Positions 11,667 through 24,068 of a DNA stretch of 64,000 nt are shown here, piece by piece (position 1 is the stretch's first letter; each line of letters opens with the position of its first letter). The stretch covers positions 9,796,001 through 9,860,000 of the forward strand of contig JBHGNT010000012.1 of the NCBI GenBank assembly GCA_043228905.1, in the 5' to 3' direction. The stretch is from Azolla caroliniana (lineage: Eukaryota > Plantae > Polypodiophyta). The position numbers and the translations under genes were made by a program. Under the pieces are notes generated by a model. The model made no database searches, was not told the DNA's origin, and saw only the letters and a list, made by a program, of their open reading frames with translations.

Positions 11667-12652
11667 TGTGAAAGATTGCTTGCGGAAGCGTTAGAGAGAA
11701 CAATACACAAGGAGAGAGAGAGTACGCGGGAGAGACACAGAGAGAGCGAGAGAGAGACACAGTTTTTCAAAATTATATCAATACTCTAAGCTCTGTACTC
11801 TATATATACAACGCGCTCATCAACGCTATTTATACAAGTCCACATGGGACTGTTAGACGTATGGTGTACTTCAATGCTCACACGAGCGTCTGACACTAGC
11901 TGCGAGACTATAACTGCCTAGTAGTGTAACCTATACTAGGCTTCCGATTATGGATTGGATCCGGCATACCGGCTCCCCAGCTCACCGGTCCTTACTGCTT
12001 GCCGGCTTGGTTGCTCACCAGCATACTGATTCATCTCGCTTATGGGCTCAGGCTTATTCAGCCGATCTGGCTCCGGTTGAGCTTGCCGCTCAACACTCCC
12101 CCTCAAGCTCAACCTGAGGTAGGGTCGTAGTGTCAACCTCTGTGGCAGCCGGTTCTTCCAACCGATTTCTCCTGGCGTTGCTTCGCCTTGCTCGCGCTCC
12201 TTGTCCGGTCCGGCCCCGTTTGCCGCGACCCCTTTGGTTCTGCGCACCTCGACCTTTCGCATGTTTGCTTAATAGGCCCATCTCAACTCATTCGTTGCTA
12301 TGACTCCGGCACTTGCCGATCCGTCAGTTCCTCCGCGATGGCATCAACTTCCACTGCGTCTGTGTCTCCTTGGCCTCTCATTGATCCGACTCATCTGGAT
12401 CCGTATGTTGATCCGAATCGGCTGTCTTCGACTCGTTCCAGCTCTTGTCCGATTCGGTATCCTCCGATTCGATTTTTAGCTTCAGGCCACTCACCACATC
12501 CGAGTCTTGGCCTTCTCCGTGCTTCCCTTGGCTTCTTCAGCCGGTTCACCGAAGTCGAATTCTTCATTTTTCTTCTTGTCTCCACCTCTACCGGTTCTTC
12601 TCTTACCTACAGGTTCAACAGTTTTGTTGCCTTTGCCCATTTCGGTAGTGTC

Positions 12653-13442
12653 TGACGTGAACGCAACGTTCCTTATGCGCAACGCTCGGCCACAACCGAG
12701 CTTAGAATGATACACAGAAAAAACGGGAAATAAAACACGACACAAAGAAGGAAAGAATACACAGGAGGTTTACGTGGAAAACCCCAAACTAGGGGAAAAA
12801 CCACGGCAGCCCACAGGCTGCAAACTGTCACTATGTAGGAATATACAACAGTGAGTTCATTGAGGCAACGACCTCGTGCTCACAGATCTTCGCCACAGGT
12901 GGCGGTTACAACAGAGGCAACGACCTCGTCTCTCTCTCTCTCTCTGTACAGTTACGCACTCTCTCTACTTCTTGCACCAACAACGAAGAATAACAACAAC
13001 AACATACAATATTAGTTTGCCCTAAGTCATATTTATACTAATATGACTTCTCGTCTATTTACAAATATAGCCACGATGGGCTCTCAGAAACATATTTACG
13101 AATATATGTCTCTTCCTCCGGTTCATACCGGGTCTACACCATCCGACTCTCCGTAGCCGGGTACTCCTCATCCGGTTCGTACCGGGCCTGCACCATCCGG
13201 CTCTCCGTAGCCGGGTACTCCTCATCCAGTTCATACCGGGCCTGCATCATCCGGCTCTCCGTAGCCGGGTACTCCTCATCCGGTTCATACCGAGTCTGCA
13301 TCATCCGGCTCTCCGTAGTCGGGTACTCCTCATCCGGTTCATACCGGGTCTACATCATCCGGCTCTCCGTAGCCGGGTCCACCTCATACAGTTTCGGCAT
13401 TGTTCTTCCCCCTTCCCATCCGGAGGGACCTGTCTCCCAACA
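12653..13442 (-). mobile_element. Solo LTR (family J) with five 54-bp tandem repeats
   Basis: TG..CA ends, perfect TSD GTGTC; homologous to 48895-49605 and 59515-60263; repeats at 13118-13387. Confidence 0.95.
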
Positions 13443-16400
13443 GTGTCTTTGCTCTTGTGTCTCCCCCTCAAGTGCGGCACGTCGGGATGCTGAACACCAA
13501 GCATTCTGGTAAAGTGCTGCAACTTGTCCGACCCGAGCGGCTTGGTGAAGATGTCGGCAACTTGCTGATCCGTGTGAACATACCATAATTCAACTTCACC
13601 GCTCAGGACCCGCTCACGCACGACGTGATAATGCACTTCTATGTGCTGTGTGCGAGCATGGAACACAGGGTTCTTGGCGAGCTGCATGCTGTTGAGGTTA
13701 TCACAGTAGATCAGGATCGGGGTCGGTACCTCGATCCGCAGGTCTTGCAGCAGTCACCAAAGCCAAATGGCTTCGCAGGTGGCAACGGTCGCGCCCCGGT
13801 ATTCAGCCTCAATGCTGGATAGAGCCACTGTTGGCTGCTTTTTGCTGCTCCACACACTAGCCGCGCTCCCAAGAGAAAACATAATGCCGGACGTTGAGCG
13901 ATGATCCGTTGCATCGCCCGCCCAATCGGCATCCGTGTAGCCGACAAGCTCTTCGGTTATATACCTTGCCGGTATAAGAGCCCCCGGTCCTTAGTGCCGC
14001 TTACATACCTCAGTATTCGTTGCGCGCACTGAAGGTGCTCCACGGTCGGCTTCTGCATGAATTGGCTTACCACTCCGACCGGATAGCTAATGTCGGGTCG
14101 GGTGATGGTCAAGTAGATCAGGCTTCCGACTATTTATCGGAACCGTTTCTCATCGAAGGGCGCTCCGAAGTTGGGACAGATCTTCTGGTTACGGTCTAGG
14201 GGTGTGGAGACAGGTCGGCATTCCGTCATGCTGAACTTGTACAGCATATTCAAGACATAATGACGTTGAGAAAGCAATATGCCGTCAGGGGTGCGGATCA
14301 CCTCGATCCCCAAGAAATAATGAAGGTCCCCCAAGTCCTTCATATCGAATGCGTCCGACAACTGGGACTTGACTCAGTTGATTTCCGGAAGACCTAGGCC
14401 GGTGATGACTAAATCATCAACATAGAGTAAGATACATACTGGACCGTTTGAGCCTTGACGGATGAATAGGGAAGAGTCCGACTTAGAGGCAACAAACCCC
14501 ATCTTTCGCAACCGATGCGTGATCTTAGCATTCCAAGCACGGGGGGCTTGCTTCAAGCCGTACAACGACTTCCTCAGCCAGCATACCGCCGATTTGTTCA
14601 CCTCCAACTGAAATCCAGGGGGCTGAGTCATAAAGACTTCTTCTTCAAGATCTCCTTGAAGGAAGGCATTCTTCACATCCATCTGATGAAGATGCCACCC
14701 CCTTGCCGCAGCAACTGCCAGTACCACACAAACCGTCGTCATCTTCGCTATGGGAGCCAAGGTCTCGTCGTAGTCAATTCCGTGGGTCTGCGCATATCCC
14801 TTCGCCACTAATCGGGCCTTGTACCGGTTAATTGTACCGTTGACATTGTACTTTACCTTGTACACCCACTTGCATCCAATTGGTTTACAGTGACGGGGAG
14901 GGTCAACCAAGTCCCAAGTTCCGTTGGCATCTTGTGCTCGCATTTCTTCCTCCATAGCGGCACGCCAATTTGCGTCCTTTGCCGCTTTTGCGTAGCTCTC
15001 CAGCTCACGCACTTTCGCCACCTTGGTCAAGTACGCATAATGTTGCGCCATGTTCCCGAAGATCTGTCTATGTCCTTGCCGAAGTCAGATACGCAACGAT
15101 CCGACTCATCATTGCCGGTCTCGAATTCCGGCATCTTCTACTTCCCCTTCTCTTTGCGTTGTCGTGAAGATCCGTCACTACGCGCGGATCGTGAGGCGGA
15201 ACCGCCGGGGTTCTGGACCAGAAGGATTTAGAGTCGATACAAGCTTTGGCGAGAAAGTACTTAAGATAGATTGGGAAAGAGAGAAGATGAGATTACACGA
15301 TTGATTTCAAAAAGAATTTCTTCCTCTTAATTTTCATAAAAAAAACCGTGTTTTTCTCCTCCCCCTTCCCTCTTTTATAGATGCTCTCATGCATATGATG
15401 CATGTGAGGGTACAAGACATGCATAAATTGCATGTTTGCCATTTGGCGCTTAAGTATTACATGTGGTGCATGCTAACCATGTCACTCATTTTAGCACTCA
15501 TGGATGAGAATTTACATGTAAAAGTATAATGATAGAAATATAATTTCAACTAAATACCATGGCTTAATGGTAAGCTATTTGACTCCTAACTTGGAGGTGC
15601 AAGGTTCGAATCCATACTTGTCCTCCTTGTATATGTAAATATGTATATATTTTTATATTTTTATTTTATCTAGTCGCCGGTTCGCCGGATGCCGTCGCCG
15701 GATGCCGACGCCGGATTGCCGTCGGATGCCGTCGGATCACCGGCTCCATCGCCGGTCCGGTTTTGGTTGGCCAAAACCCTTTTGGAGTAGCTAGCCACCT
15801 CCACTCTAAGTTCAAGTTACCTTGAACTCTCTATGCTCCACTCATAGACACAAAGATAATATCTTTTGCTCCACCTTATATATGATGAGAGCCGTATTTG
15901 TCGTGCCTATGTGGGATATCTCACAATTTTCTCTTTTCTTTTCACAAACTTTATACCCTCATATCTTGACATTTAGTTGTCCATTTCTCGTGTAATAAAG
16001 TGCATTCGAAACCTCCATCATTTTGTACTTAGATATTAAAAATGTTATCTTCACAATTATTGTATTACGTGATTCATACTCGATTTTGTACGTTTTATGG
16101 GATTTTCACACTATTGCCGAAAATCTTCACGACAGAGTGTGAACCGTCTCCTTGGTTCCTTGCGCGGGGAGAGCACGGCAGAGTCTCCACTACTCGCCGT
16201 CTCATCATCCGACTGGTTGGACTTAGTCTCTCATTTGGTCCGCTTAACCGGAACGATTCCTGACTCTCATCTTGAGTCCCGGCTTCATCTTTCTCTACCT
16301 AGGCCGGTTCGGGCTCACTAGCCCCATCCTCCGACATCGGGTCGGGATCGGAAGTTGGAGTCGGTAAGGAATACCACGATGTCAATTCATCAAACTCGAC

Positions 16401-18631
16401 ATCTCGGCTGACTCGGACCTGCTTCGTCCGGGGGTTATAACACTTATACCCCTTTTGCTCTTGAGCGTAGCCGACTAGGATGCATTTTTCCGATTTTGCA
16501 TCCAACTTTCTCCGCTTCTCATCCGGCACATGTACATAGGATATGCTACCGAATATCCGGCACATGTACATAGGCTTGTGCCCGAAATACAGCTTGTGAG
16601 CTGACACCTTGTCCCCGATCCGGTTCTAGATGTAAACGGCCGTTTAGACCGCCTCCGCCCAGTAGAACTTGGGCATGCTCTTTTCCTCTAGAATTGCCCT
16701 AGCCGCATCAATCAGTGACCGATTCTTCCTTTCGGCCACACCATTCTGTTGCGGTGTGTATTTGCAGTTGAATTCTTGCCAAATTCCTTTTTGTTGCAGA
16801 TAGTTGTTGAATTGGCCGGAAAGTACTCTTTTCCGCCATCCGACCATAGGCATTTAAACTTCCTCTCTGATTCCCGTTCCACCATCTTCTGGAGGCTCCG
16901 GAAACATTCGAAGACTTCGCTCTTCCGCTCAATGAGGTAGATCCACGTATGCCGTGTGTAGTCGTCGATGAAGGAGACGAAATATCGACTCCCGCCAATG
17001 CTAACATTTTGTGCCGGTCTCCACACATCTGAATGGATAAGATCGAGCTTGTTACGGCTTCGATTTCTTTCGGTGGGGAATGGAAGCCAGTGTTGCTTCC
17101 CGAGTTGGCAGGCTTCACAAATCTGGGCTCTCCGGCCGCTAAACTTAGGCAAACCGAAAACGACTTGTTCCGTTTGCAGGTCCTGAAGCCTCCGGTAGTT
17201 GACGTGGCCGATCCGCTTGCGCCACAGGTCGATATCCGACTCGACCTTCTGTCCTTTGGCGAACAGCGCGGTGCCGACGTCATTGGTGTTGAGGATAAAC
17301 ATCCTCCCATCTTTGTGCCCTTGCGCAATAACTTCGCCCTAATCCTCAATGAAGAACTCGAGGTGCGTAAACCGCACCTGCATCCCCTAGTCGACGATCT
17401 GTTCGACCGGCACCAGATTCTTCGTGATCGTCAGAACATGTAATACATTCATCAACTTCCCCCTCTGTCCGACGTGGCTCAAAGGGACTTCTCTGACGTG
17501 CACGATCGGGTGGGGAGTGTCGTCTCCGGTTTTGACAACTCCCGGTTGATCCGGCTTCTCCAAAAAGGAGAACCACTCCTCGTGGCTCGTCATGTGGTTT
17601 GATGCACCTGAGTCAACGTACCACACTTCCTCCGATTTGGAAGTGGTCTTCTTCATTGAGTTTTCCTTGTGCTTCATTACCAAGGCTGGCTCCTTACCAT
17701 TCTTGGATCCTCCCGATCCGTTTGCGTAGTGCGAGCTTTGTCGGCCTTCCTTACCGGTCTTGCCGGATCCGGATTTGTCCGAATCGGCACGCTTTCTCCA
17801 ACACTCGCTGTCCCTATGACCCTTTTTGCCACAGTACCAGCATTCCGTAGCGGATTTGTCCTGCCGGCCTCCGGCACCACCTTGACTCCCCCTACTTGTG
17901 GAAGTCCCAGAACTGTTGTCGGCACACTCACTGTGCCTTCATTCCTGCTCTTGCCAGCCACCTCTAATGCGTGCCGACCTTCCTCATCCACCACGCCCGC
18001 GGGACCGATCCGATCCCGTGTACAACATCTGGCTATTTGGGGATGCACTGGTAGATGCATCGGCGTGGTTCTCCTCTACAAGAAGCATCGACTGTAAGTC
18101 AAAAAATGAGGGCGTATTCTCCCTTGTACAAACCGCAGTCCGGAAAGCTCTGAACTTGGACGCCAGGCCTCCAAGACAGACTTGCACCATCTCGTCTTCC
18201 TCTACGGTGACCTTAATAGAGGCAAGCGAGTCACAGATCCCTTTGATCCGGGCTGTGTAATCTGCCACCGACATGTTCTTCTGTTGAACATTGCTCAACT
18301 CTTGTCTGAGTTGCAGCTTCCAGGCAGTGGTGCTTGCGGCGAAGACCTTTTTTAAGTTTCCCCAAGCATCCTTTGGCGACTTGGCGTCACGGATAGGGCT
18401 GAGCAGCTGGTCACCGACACTAGACGCGAAGCAGTACATCACCCTGCTTGCCGCCTGTTCCCACACTGGGAAGTCCTTGTGTGTCGTCTCCGGTGTTGAG
18501 TCGTTCACTCCGTCGACATAACTCTAGTAGCCATGCCCAAGCAAGTATTGGTGCATCTTGTATGACCAAGATGTGTAGTTGGTTCTGTCAAGCTTCTCCA
18601 CCGGGAGCGACGTAGCCATACCTCTGTCCAT
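13443..18631 (-). pseudogene. Copia gag-pol of element B (stops, frameshifts, one solo-LTR insertion)
   Basis: WYVDSGASNHMT protease, LDLIHSDVW and QNGVAERKNR integrase, QMDVKNAFLQG / SLYGLKQAPRAW / LYVDDL RT, QVADIFTKPL RNase H. Confidence 0.96.
15160..16134 (-). mobile_element. Solo LTR with TGTCGTGAAGA..TCTTCACGACA termini and 4-bp TSD
   Basis: 11-bp inverted termini; flanks GCGT/GAGT; 4-bp duplication supported by comparison with the homologous copia linker near 51700; TATA-like ctataaaag on minus strand. Confidence 0.85.
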
Positions 18632-19155
18632 TCCTCCTTTTGTGTTTGTTTTCCAATTTGTTAGGGTTTCCTTCACAAGCGTAGATGTTTACAGCAGAGG
18701 TTCTCAACCCATGCGCTCTGATACCATGTGAAAGATTGCTTGCGGAAGCGTTAGAGAGAACAATACACAAGGAGAGAGAGAGTACACGGGAGAGACAAAG
18801 AGAGAGCGAGAGAGAGACACAGTTTTTCAAAATTATATCAATACTTTGAGCTCTGTACTCTATATATACAACGCGCTCATCAGTGCTATTTATAAAAGTC
18901 CACACGGGACTGTTAGACGTACGGTGTACTTCAATGCTCACACGAGCGTCTGACACCACCTACGAGACTATAACTGCCTAGTAGTCTAACCTATACTAGG
19001 CTTCCGGTTACGGATTGGATCCGGCATACCGGCTCCCCAGCTCACCGGTCCTTACTGCTTGCCGGCTCGGTTGCTCACCAGCATACCGATTCAGCTCGCT
19101 TACCGGCTCAGGCTTATTCAGCCGATCCGGCTCCGATTGAGCTTGACGCTCAACA

Positions 19156-20505
19156 TTGTCCTTCTTGCCGGCAATAATAGCAATATGCTTTCCGGGTGTT
19201 GTTGGATTCGGCATTGTTTCCTATATCCGTTGGAGGACCTGTGGTAACCTCGGAGCTCTAGTCCGATTGGCTACTTGAGGCGCCTTTTTCCAGTTCACGT
19301 GGGTGGCTCCCTTTTTTGAAATGCCGTTTTTTATTAAAGTTCTTGTTGTTGCGGTACCCTTGCCGGGGTTGGTCATCATATCTCCCGTAATCTTCCCGTC
19401 GTTGGTGATATCCGAGGGAGTGATCCCGGTTGTGATTCTCGTACCGTTCATTGTAATCTCGGTACCTATCATATCTCTTGTACCGGTCATAGTTGTCTCG
19501 CCGATCACCGTACCGGACATCCTCTGCCAGTCGATATCGTTGCTCTCGCCGCCAGCGTTCGTCTTCTACGTCTCGGCTACTACGTGGCTCGATTTGCCAG
19601 ACTGGTGGTGCTTGCCGATTCAATCAATTATATTGGCACTGATCCATCGTGTGGCTCGTAGAGTGGCAGAGTAAGCAGTGCGTCCACATGGTGCACTCCA
19701 GTGACGAGTGTCCGGAATTCAAGCAAGTCGTGCATTGGATTGCTTGCCGGAAACGGAGATCCTCATCGGTTGGTAACGCGAGTTGGAGAGCTCCCATTGT
19801 TAGCCAAGAGCTCGTTTTTTCCATTTCTCTAACCCGGTCGATGAACTAGTCGACGGTGCTTGTGCGAAAGTCGATGACCGTGCTTACCGTTCGTAGAGGT
19901 TCCCGGAGCGCGGCTAAAAATATAGCCCATGTTTCTTCCTCCGGAGGTGCGCGGGTAAGCTGACTGTGCATCCGTTGAAACCAGATGACAAACTTCGGGA
20001 TGCTCTCCCCGGGGTCCTGCCGGATGGTATAAAATAAGCCCACCATTTGTCGTTGGTCCACCTCCTTCTAAAAGAAGTGCAAGAATTTGTCTTTCAGGTC
20101 CGCAAAGGTGGTGATGGTGCTGGTGTCCTGCGTTCGGTGCCATCTTGCGGTAGGTCCTTCCAGTGTCACGCCGAACTCGGCTATCTTAGATCGTTCCTCT
20201 TCGACCACGGTTAACCGTTGTGACACATGGTTCACCACCCATGTTTGTTGAAACGCGTGAACATGAGCCTCCGCGTCCAGATCATCCCTATACTTGGAGT
20301 ACTGGAACGGCATGTCGTCGTTCGGTGTGGGTACGCGGGTTGGCGGTGTTGGTGGTCTTTCTTGATGTTCCGTCGGCGTCAGAGGTCTTTGTCGGTCTTC
20401 CTTTGGTGTTGCCGGCTCGACTTCCGGTGTTGGAGATTTTTGCCGGTCTTTTTCCGTCTCCGGAGGTTGCTCCACGTCTAGTGTCGGAGGTTCCCGGTCT
20501 GCCAA
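19156..20505 (-). pseudogene. Element A gag (capsid-like region and two CCHC zinc knuckles)
   Basis: CTTCLNSGHSSLEC and CLLCHSTSHTMDQC knuckles; FGVTLEGPTARW and IRQDPGESI gag motifs. Confidence 0.9.
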
Positions 20506-20929
20506 CTCTGGTTCCGGTGTCGGTATTGTATCCGACTCCTCGTCCTCCGGTCCTCCTGGGGTGTCGTTACTGCTGCGATAGTTCGTGTGCGCGCTGTAAG
20601 CCCCTTCCGAATTCGATTCCAGCGCTGAAAACGCTTCGGATTCGCCGTCTTATCCGGCCAAGGCCTAGAGAAGGGATTCCGCTTCCCGGAGGCTGCTTAA
20701 GCTGCTTCCTTCGTCCGGGTAGGCGTTTTGTTGCAGACGGAGCGACTCCTCCGCCACTTTCCGGATCACTTTGGAAAATGATCGATCTGTTCGGATTTCT
20801 TTCGCTGCTTGCTAGAAAGCCTCTCGCCGCCTTCTCCGTTCAGCAAGTCTTCGTGCTCTCTCCGTAGCCGGGTCGTCTGTTCGCCTAGTCATCCATTCCC
20901 GCCGCTGTTCACTGCGATTGTGCAGGAAT

Positions 20930-20940
20930 CGTGGTCGCCA
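20930..20940 (-). promoter_or_regulatory. PBS of element A (TGGCGACCACG, tRNA-Arg(TCG)-like)
   Basis: 7 nt inside the 5' LTR; same PBS follows G LTRs at 29987 and 31500. Confidence 0.85.
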
Positions 20941-20947
20941 AAAACTG

Positions 20948-21408
20948 TGTTAATCCTAGGGCCGAACAACAGCCTAACACAAGGTGTCCACTTAAGACAC
21001 TTCACCAAAGGGTGGTACGACAGTATGACTTACGGCACAACGCTTAATTAGACCTTAATTGGTTACTTAGCAATCCGTAATTAACACGCGTAAGATATAA
21101 CACTGAATACAGAACGGTAATCAACACTGGAAGATTAAGACAATAAGCTCTATTAATTATCCGTTCTCGATTACATTATAACCGGGCCTTTATATAGGTC
21201 TCCGATGCGAAATACAAAACGGTGCCAACCGGCACCTTTACAGGATTGGTCCGGATCCGGATCGGCATACCGATTCCGGTCCGCCCGTCCACATCTTCTC
21301 ATATATTACTATATATTTTAAGACTACTAATTACAACAGTTCCCGAATAAACTATTCCTTTCACACTCTGGTTTGGACCTCCTTAAGCCTTCTTGCCAGC
21401 CGGTAACA
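20948..21408 (-). repeat. 5' LTR of element A
   Basis: Direct repeat of 946-1406, followed by TSD GTACA. Confidence 0.97.
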
Positions 21409-21597
21409 GTACAGAAAAGGGGCCATAATTTTTTTAATTGTGTCCTTTCGTCGACCTAGTGCTTGCATTGCACATTGATGTGCTTAACATTGTGGCCTAG
21501 ACACCGAAATTGACACCACTTAAAATATCACTCTCTTTTTTAACACTCTTTTGAAACTTTATCAAGTGTGTACTTATTTTGATGTTATCGACACAAT

Positions 21598-21693
21598 GAC
21601 AATTTGCCCGCAATCCGAGAGGACGTGGGTTATCAAGGCGTTGGATTTAGGCTCCAATCCAAGACGGCGTGGGTTCAAATCGCACAGTTGTCA
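21598..21693 (+). pseudogene. tRNA-Leu-TAG: tRNA-Leu(TAG) copy with D-loop replaced by a duplicate of its variable/T-arm
   Basis: gacaatttgcccg-caatccgagaggacgtgggtt-atcaaggcgttggatttaggctccaa...gggttcaaatcgcacagttgtca. Confidence 0.85.
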
Positions 21694-21945
21694 TTAGAGA
21701 ATTGAAAAAATTTAGCATTACCAAACGTTTCATGAAATAACAAATATGTTATTCTTGTACAAAAAAGGGCCATAAAAAATTGTAAGCGTGTCCTTTCTTC
21801 GACCTAATACTTGCATTGCACGTTGATGTGCTGAACATTGTTGCCCATTGACCGAAATTGACACCACTTAAAATATAAGTCTCTTTTTTAACACTATTTT
21901 GCAATTTTATCAATGGTGTACTTCTTTTGATATCATCAACACATC

Positions 21946-22025
21946 GACAATTTGGCCGAGTGGTCTAAGGCGTTGGATTTAGGCTCCAATCCGAAAGGGC
22001 GTGGGTTCAAATCCCATAGTTGTCG
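21946..22025 (+). tRNA. tRNA-Leu-TAG: tRNA-Leu(TAG), best-preserved copy, folds to a cloverleaf
   Basis: GACAATT/AGTTGTC acceptor, TGGCCGAGTGG A box, TTGGA-TTTAGGC-TCCAA anticodon arm, GTGGG-TTCAAAT-CCCAT T arm; discriminator G and no adjacent oligo-T terminator, so function is uncertain. Confidence 0.75.
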
Positions 22026-22258
22026 TTAGAGAATTAATATAATATAACATTACCAAAAATTTCATGAAATAACAACTACGTTATTCTTGTACAAAATAGG
22101 GCGCTAGAAAACTTTAAACACATTCCTTCTTAGATCTAGTGCTTGCATTGCACATTGATATGCTTAACATTGTTGCCTAGTGAAAACGTCACTCTCTATT
22201 TTAACAGTGTTTTTCAATTTTATTAAATGTGCAGTTCTTTTGATGTCGTCAACCCATC

Positions 22259-22337
22259 GACAATTTGGTCGACTGGTCCAAGGCATTGGATTTAGGCTCC
22301 AATAGAAAAGGGCATGGGTTCAAATCCATAGTTGTCA
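22259..22337 (+). pseudogene. tRNA-Leu-TAG: tRNA-Leu(TAG) degenerate copy
   Basis: gacaatttggtcgactggtccaaggcattggatttaggctccaa...gggttcaaatccatagttgtca. Confidence 0.85.
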
Positions 22338-22637
22338 TTAGAGGATTGAAACAATCTAGCATTACCAAACTTGTCATGGAGCAATTATTACGTTATTCTT
22401 CTTCAAAACAAGGCGAAACTTTTCATGGAACAATTATTACGTTATTCTTCTCCAAAAGAAGGTCGTAGAAAAAATTAAACATATTCTTTCTTTGACCTAG
22501 TGCTTGCATTACAGATTGTGTGCTTAACATTGTTGCCCACCCACTGAAATTGACACCACTTCAAATATTACTGGTGTTTTTTACACTCTTATGCAATTTT
22601 ATCAATGATGTATTTCTTTTGATGTCATAAACACATT

Positions 22638-22717
22638 GACAATGTGTCAAAGTGATTTAAGGCATTGGATTTACGCTCTATTTTGAAATGGCGATGGTTC
22701 GAATCCCACAAATGTCA
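22638..22717 (+). pseudogene. Highly degenerate tRNA-Leu-derived copy
   Basis: gacaatgtg...taaggcattggatttacgctcta...ggttcgaatcccacaaatgtca. Confidence 0.75.
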
Positions 22718-22848
22718 TTTGCAAAATAGGGCGCTATAAAACTTTGAACATATTCCTTCTTAGATGTAGTGCCTGGATTGCACTTTTATCACTTTCTGTT
22801 TTAACACACTTTTTTGTAGTGTGAAATTCTTGATGTAGTCAAGATATC

Positions 22849-22930
22849 GACCATTTGGCCGAGTGGTGTAAGGTGTTGGATTTAAAGTCTACAATTCGAA
22901 TGGGTGCGGGTTCAAATCCTATAGTTGTCA
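22849..22930 (+). pseudogene. Degenerate tRNA-Leu-derived copy
   Basis: gaccatttggccgagtggtgtaagg...gggttcaaatcctatagttgtca; anticodon arm broken. Confidence 0.8.
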
Positions 22931-24068
22931 CTAGTGGATTAAAGTAATCTAGCATTTCCAAACTTTTCATGGAACAATTATTACATTATTCTTCTAAAAC
23001 ACAGGGTCGTAGAAAACTTTAAACATATTTTTTCTTTGACCTAGTGCTTGCATTACATGCCTTGGGCCAACCTTGACTATTTACCCTCTCACAATACAAG
23101 ACATCGAGTTGACCGCTTCACTTACATTCCTTCGCCCATTGTTGTTCTAGTTCTTGGTGAGTGCCACATGGTCGCTGGACGGCAAGGCAAAAGGGCCAAT
23201 TAGACACCAGAATGTAAAAGGGGTATTTAATTACGAATAGGGAGTTGAAATTAATAAGTACTAGGTTATTTTGAGAATTAATAAGTATTATGAGAAGTGG
23301 ATCGGCAGTCACATTGCTACACGCGTGCGTGGAGAACAAGGCCGAACCACTGGGGTCTTGGACCGACGAATAGGTGAGAAAAGAGGGAGAAAGAGAGAGA
23401 CGCTCACACACGTATAGACAAAGAAGTGCATGGGGACACGGCCCAATCAACACAGGAGACACGAGTTGATAACGTTAGCGTATGTACATAAAAAAAAAAT
23501 GTATGTATTTGTATGTATGCGGACGACTCGAATGGTTACAACCGATCAGGTCGGCGTGACGGATGCCGACGCCTGATCACCTACACACACAAGGGAGCAA
23601 GATGGAGATTCTGCCGGAAGCACACGGCCGTTCCACGGGACAAAATCAACCTCCTGAGAACCTGCGCAAAAGAAAGCTATGGAGATCGACAGAGAAGAAG
23701 AACTCGGTCCCAGTCCAACAACACTTCGTCCCCTTTCGCGCGATACCTTCTCTCCCCGTCTCCCTCTCTTTTATAGCTCAAGGAGGGAGGCCGTTTCCCC
23801 CGTTTACATCACATTAACTCTTTGTCCTTTCGGACAGAGATACTCCTCGATTCTCCCTATAGAATATTGCTACCTAGGATTCGACTTTTGTGCCTACCTA
23901 TCTACTATACAATAAGGGGCGTGCCCGCGTGTAAGGGCCGGCTCACACACGCTATACACGGTTTGCGCCTGGGGACAGGTTTCTTCACGATATTTGCCCC
24001 CACCTAACCGCGCATCCACCGGTATGTGCCAAAATTGGGTTCCTACTGGAGAGAACCGGTCGTTGCTT

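Larger units (their letters stand above)
11667..19155 (-). mobile_element. Element B: Ty1/copia LTR retrotransposon nested in gag of A
   Basis: 429-bp LTRs 11667-12095 and 18727-19155, TSD ATGTC/TTGTC, PBS TGGTATCAGAGC (tRNA-iMet) 18715-18726, PPT 12096-12107, gag-PR-INT-RT-RH order. Confidence 0.97.
946..21408 (-). mobile_element. Element A: Ty3/gypsy LTR retrotransposon, non-chromovirus type, decayed, with nested insertions
   Basis: Two 461-bp TG..CA LTRs (946-1406, 20948-21408), perfect 5-bp TSD GTACA (941-945, 21409-21413), PBS at 20930-20940, gag-PR-RT-INT order on minus strand, extra 3' ORF. Confidence 0.97.
21409..23060 (+). repeat. tRNA-Leu(TAG) tandem array, right part
   Basis: Same spacer motifs as 1-945; five tRNA-like copies. 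Confidence 0.92.
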
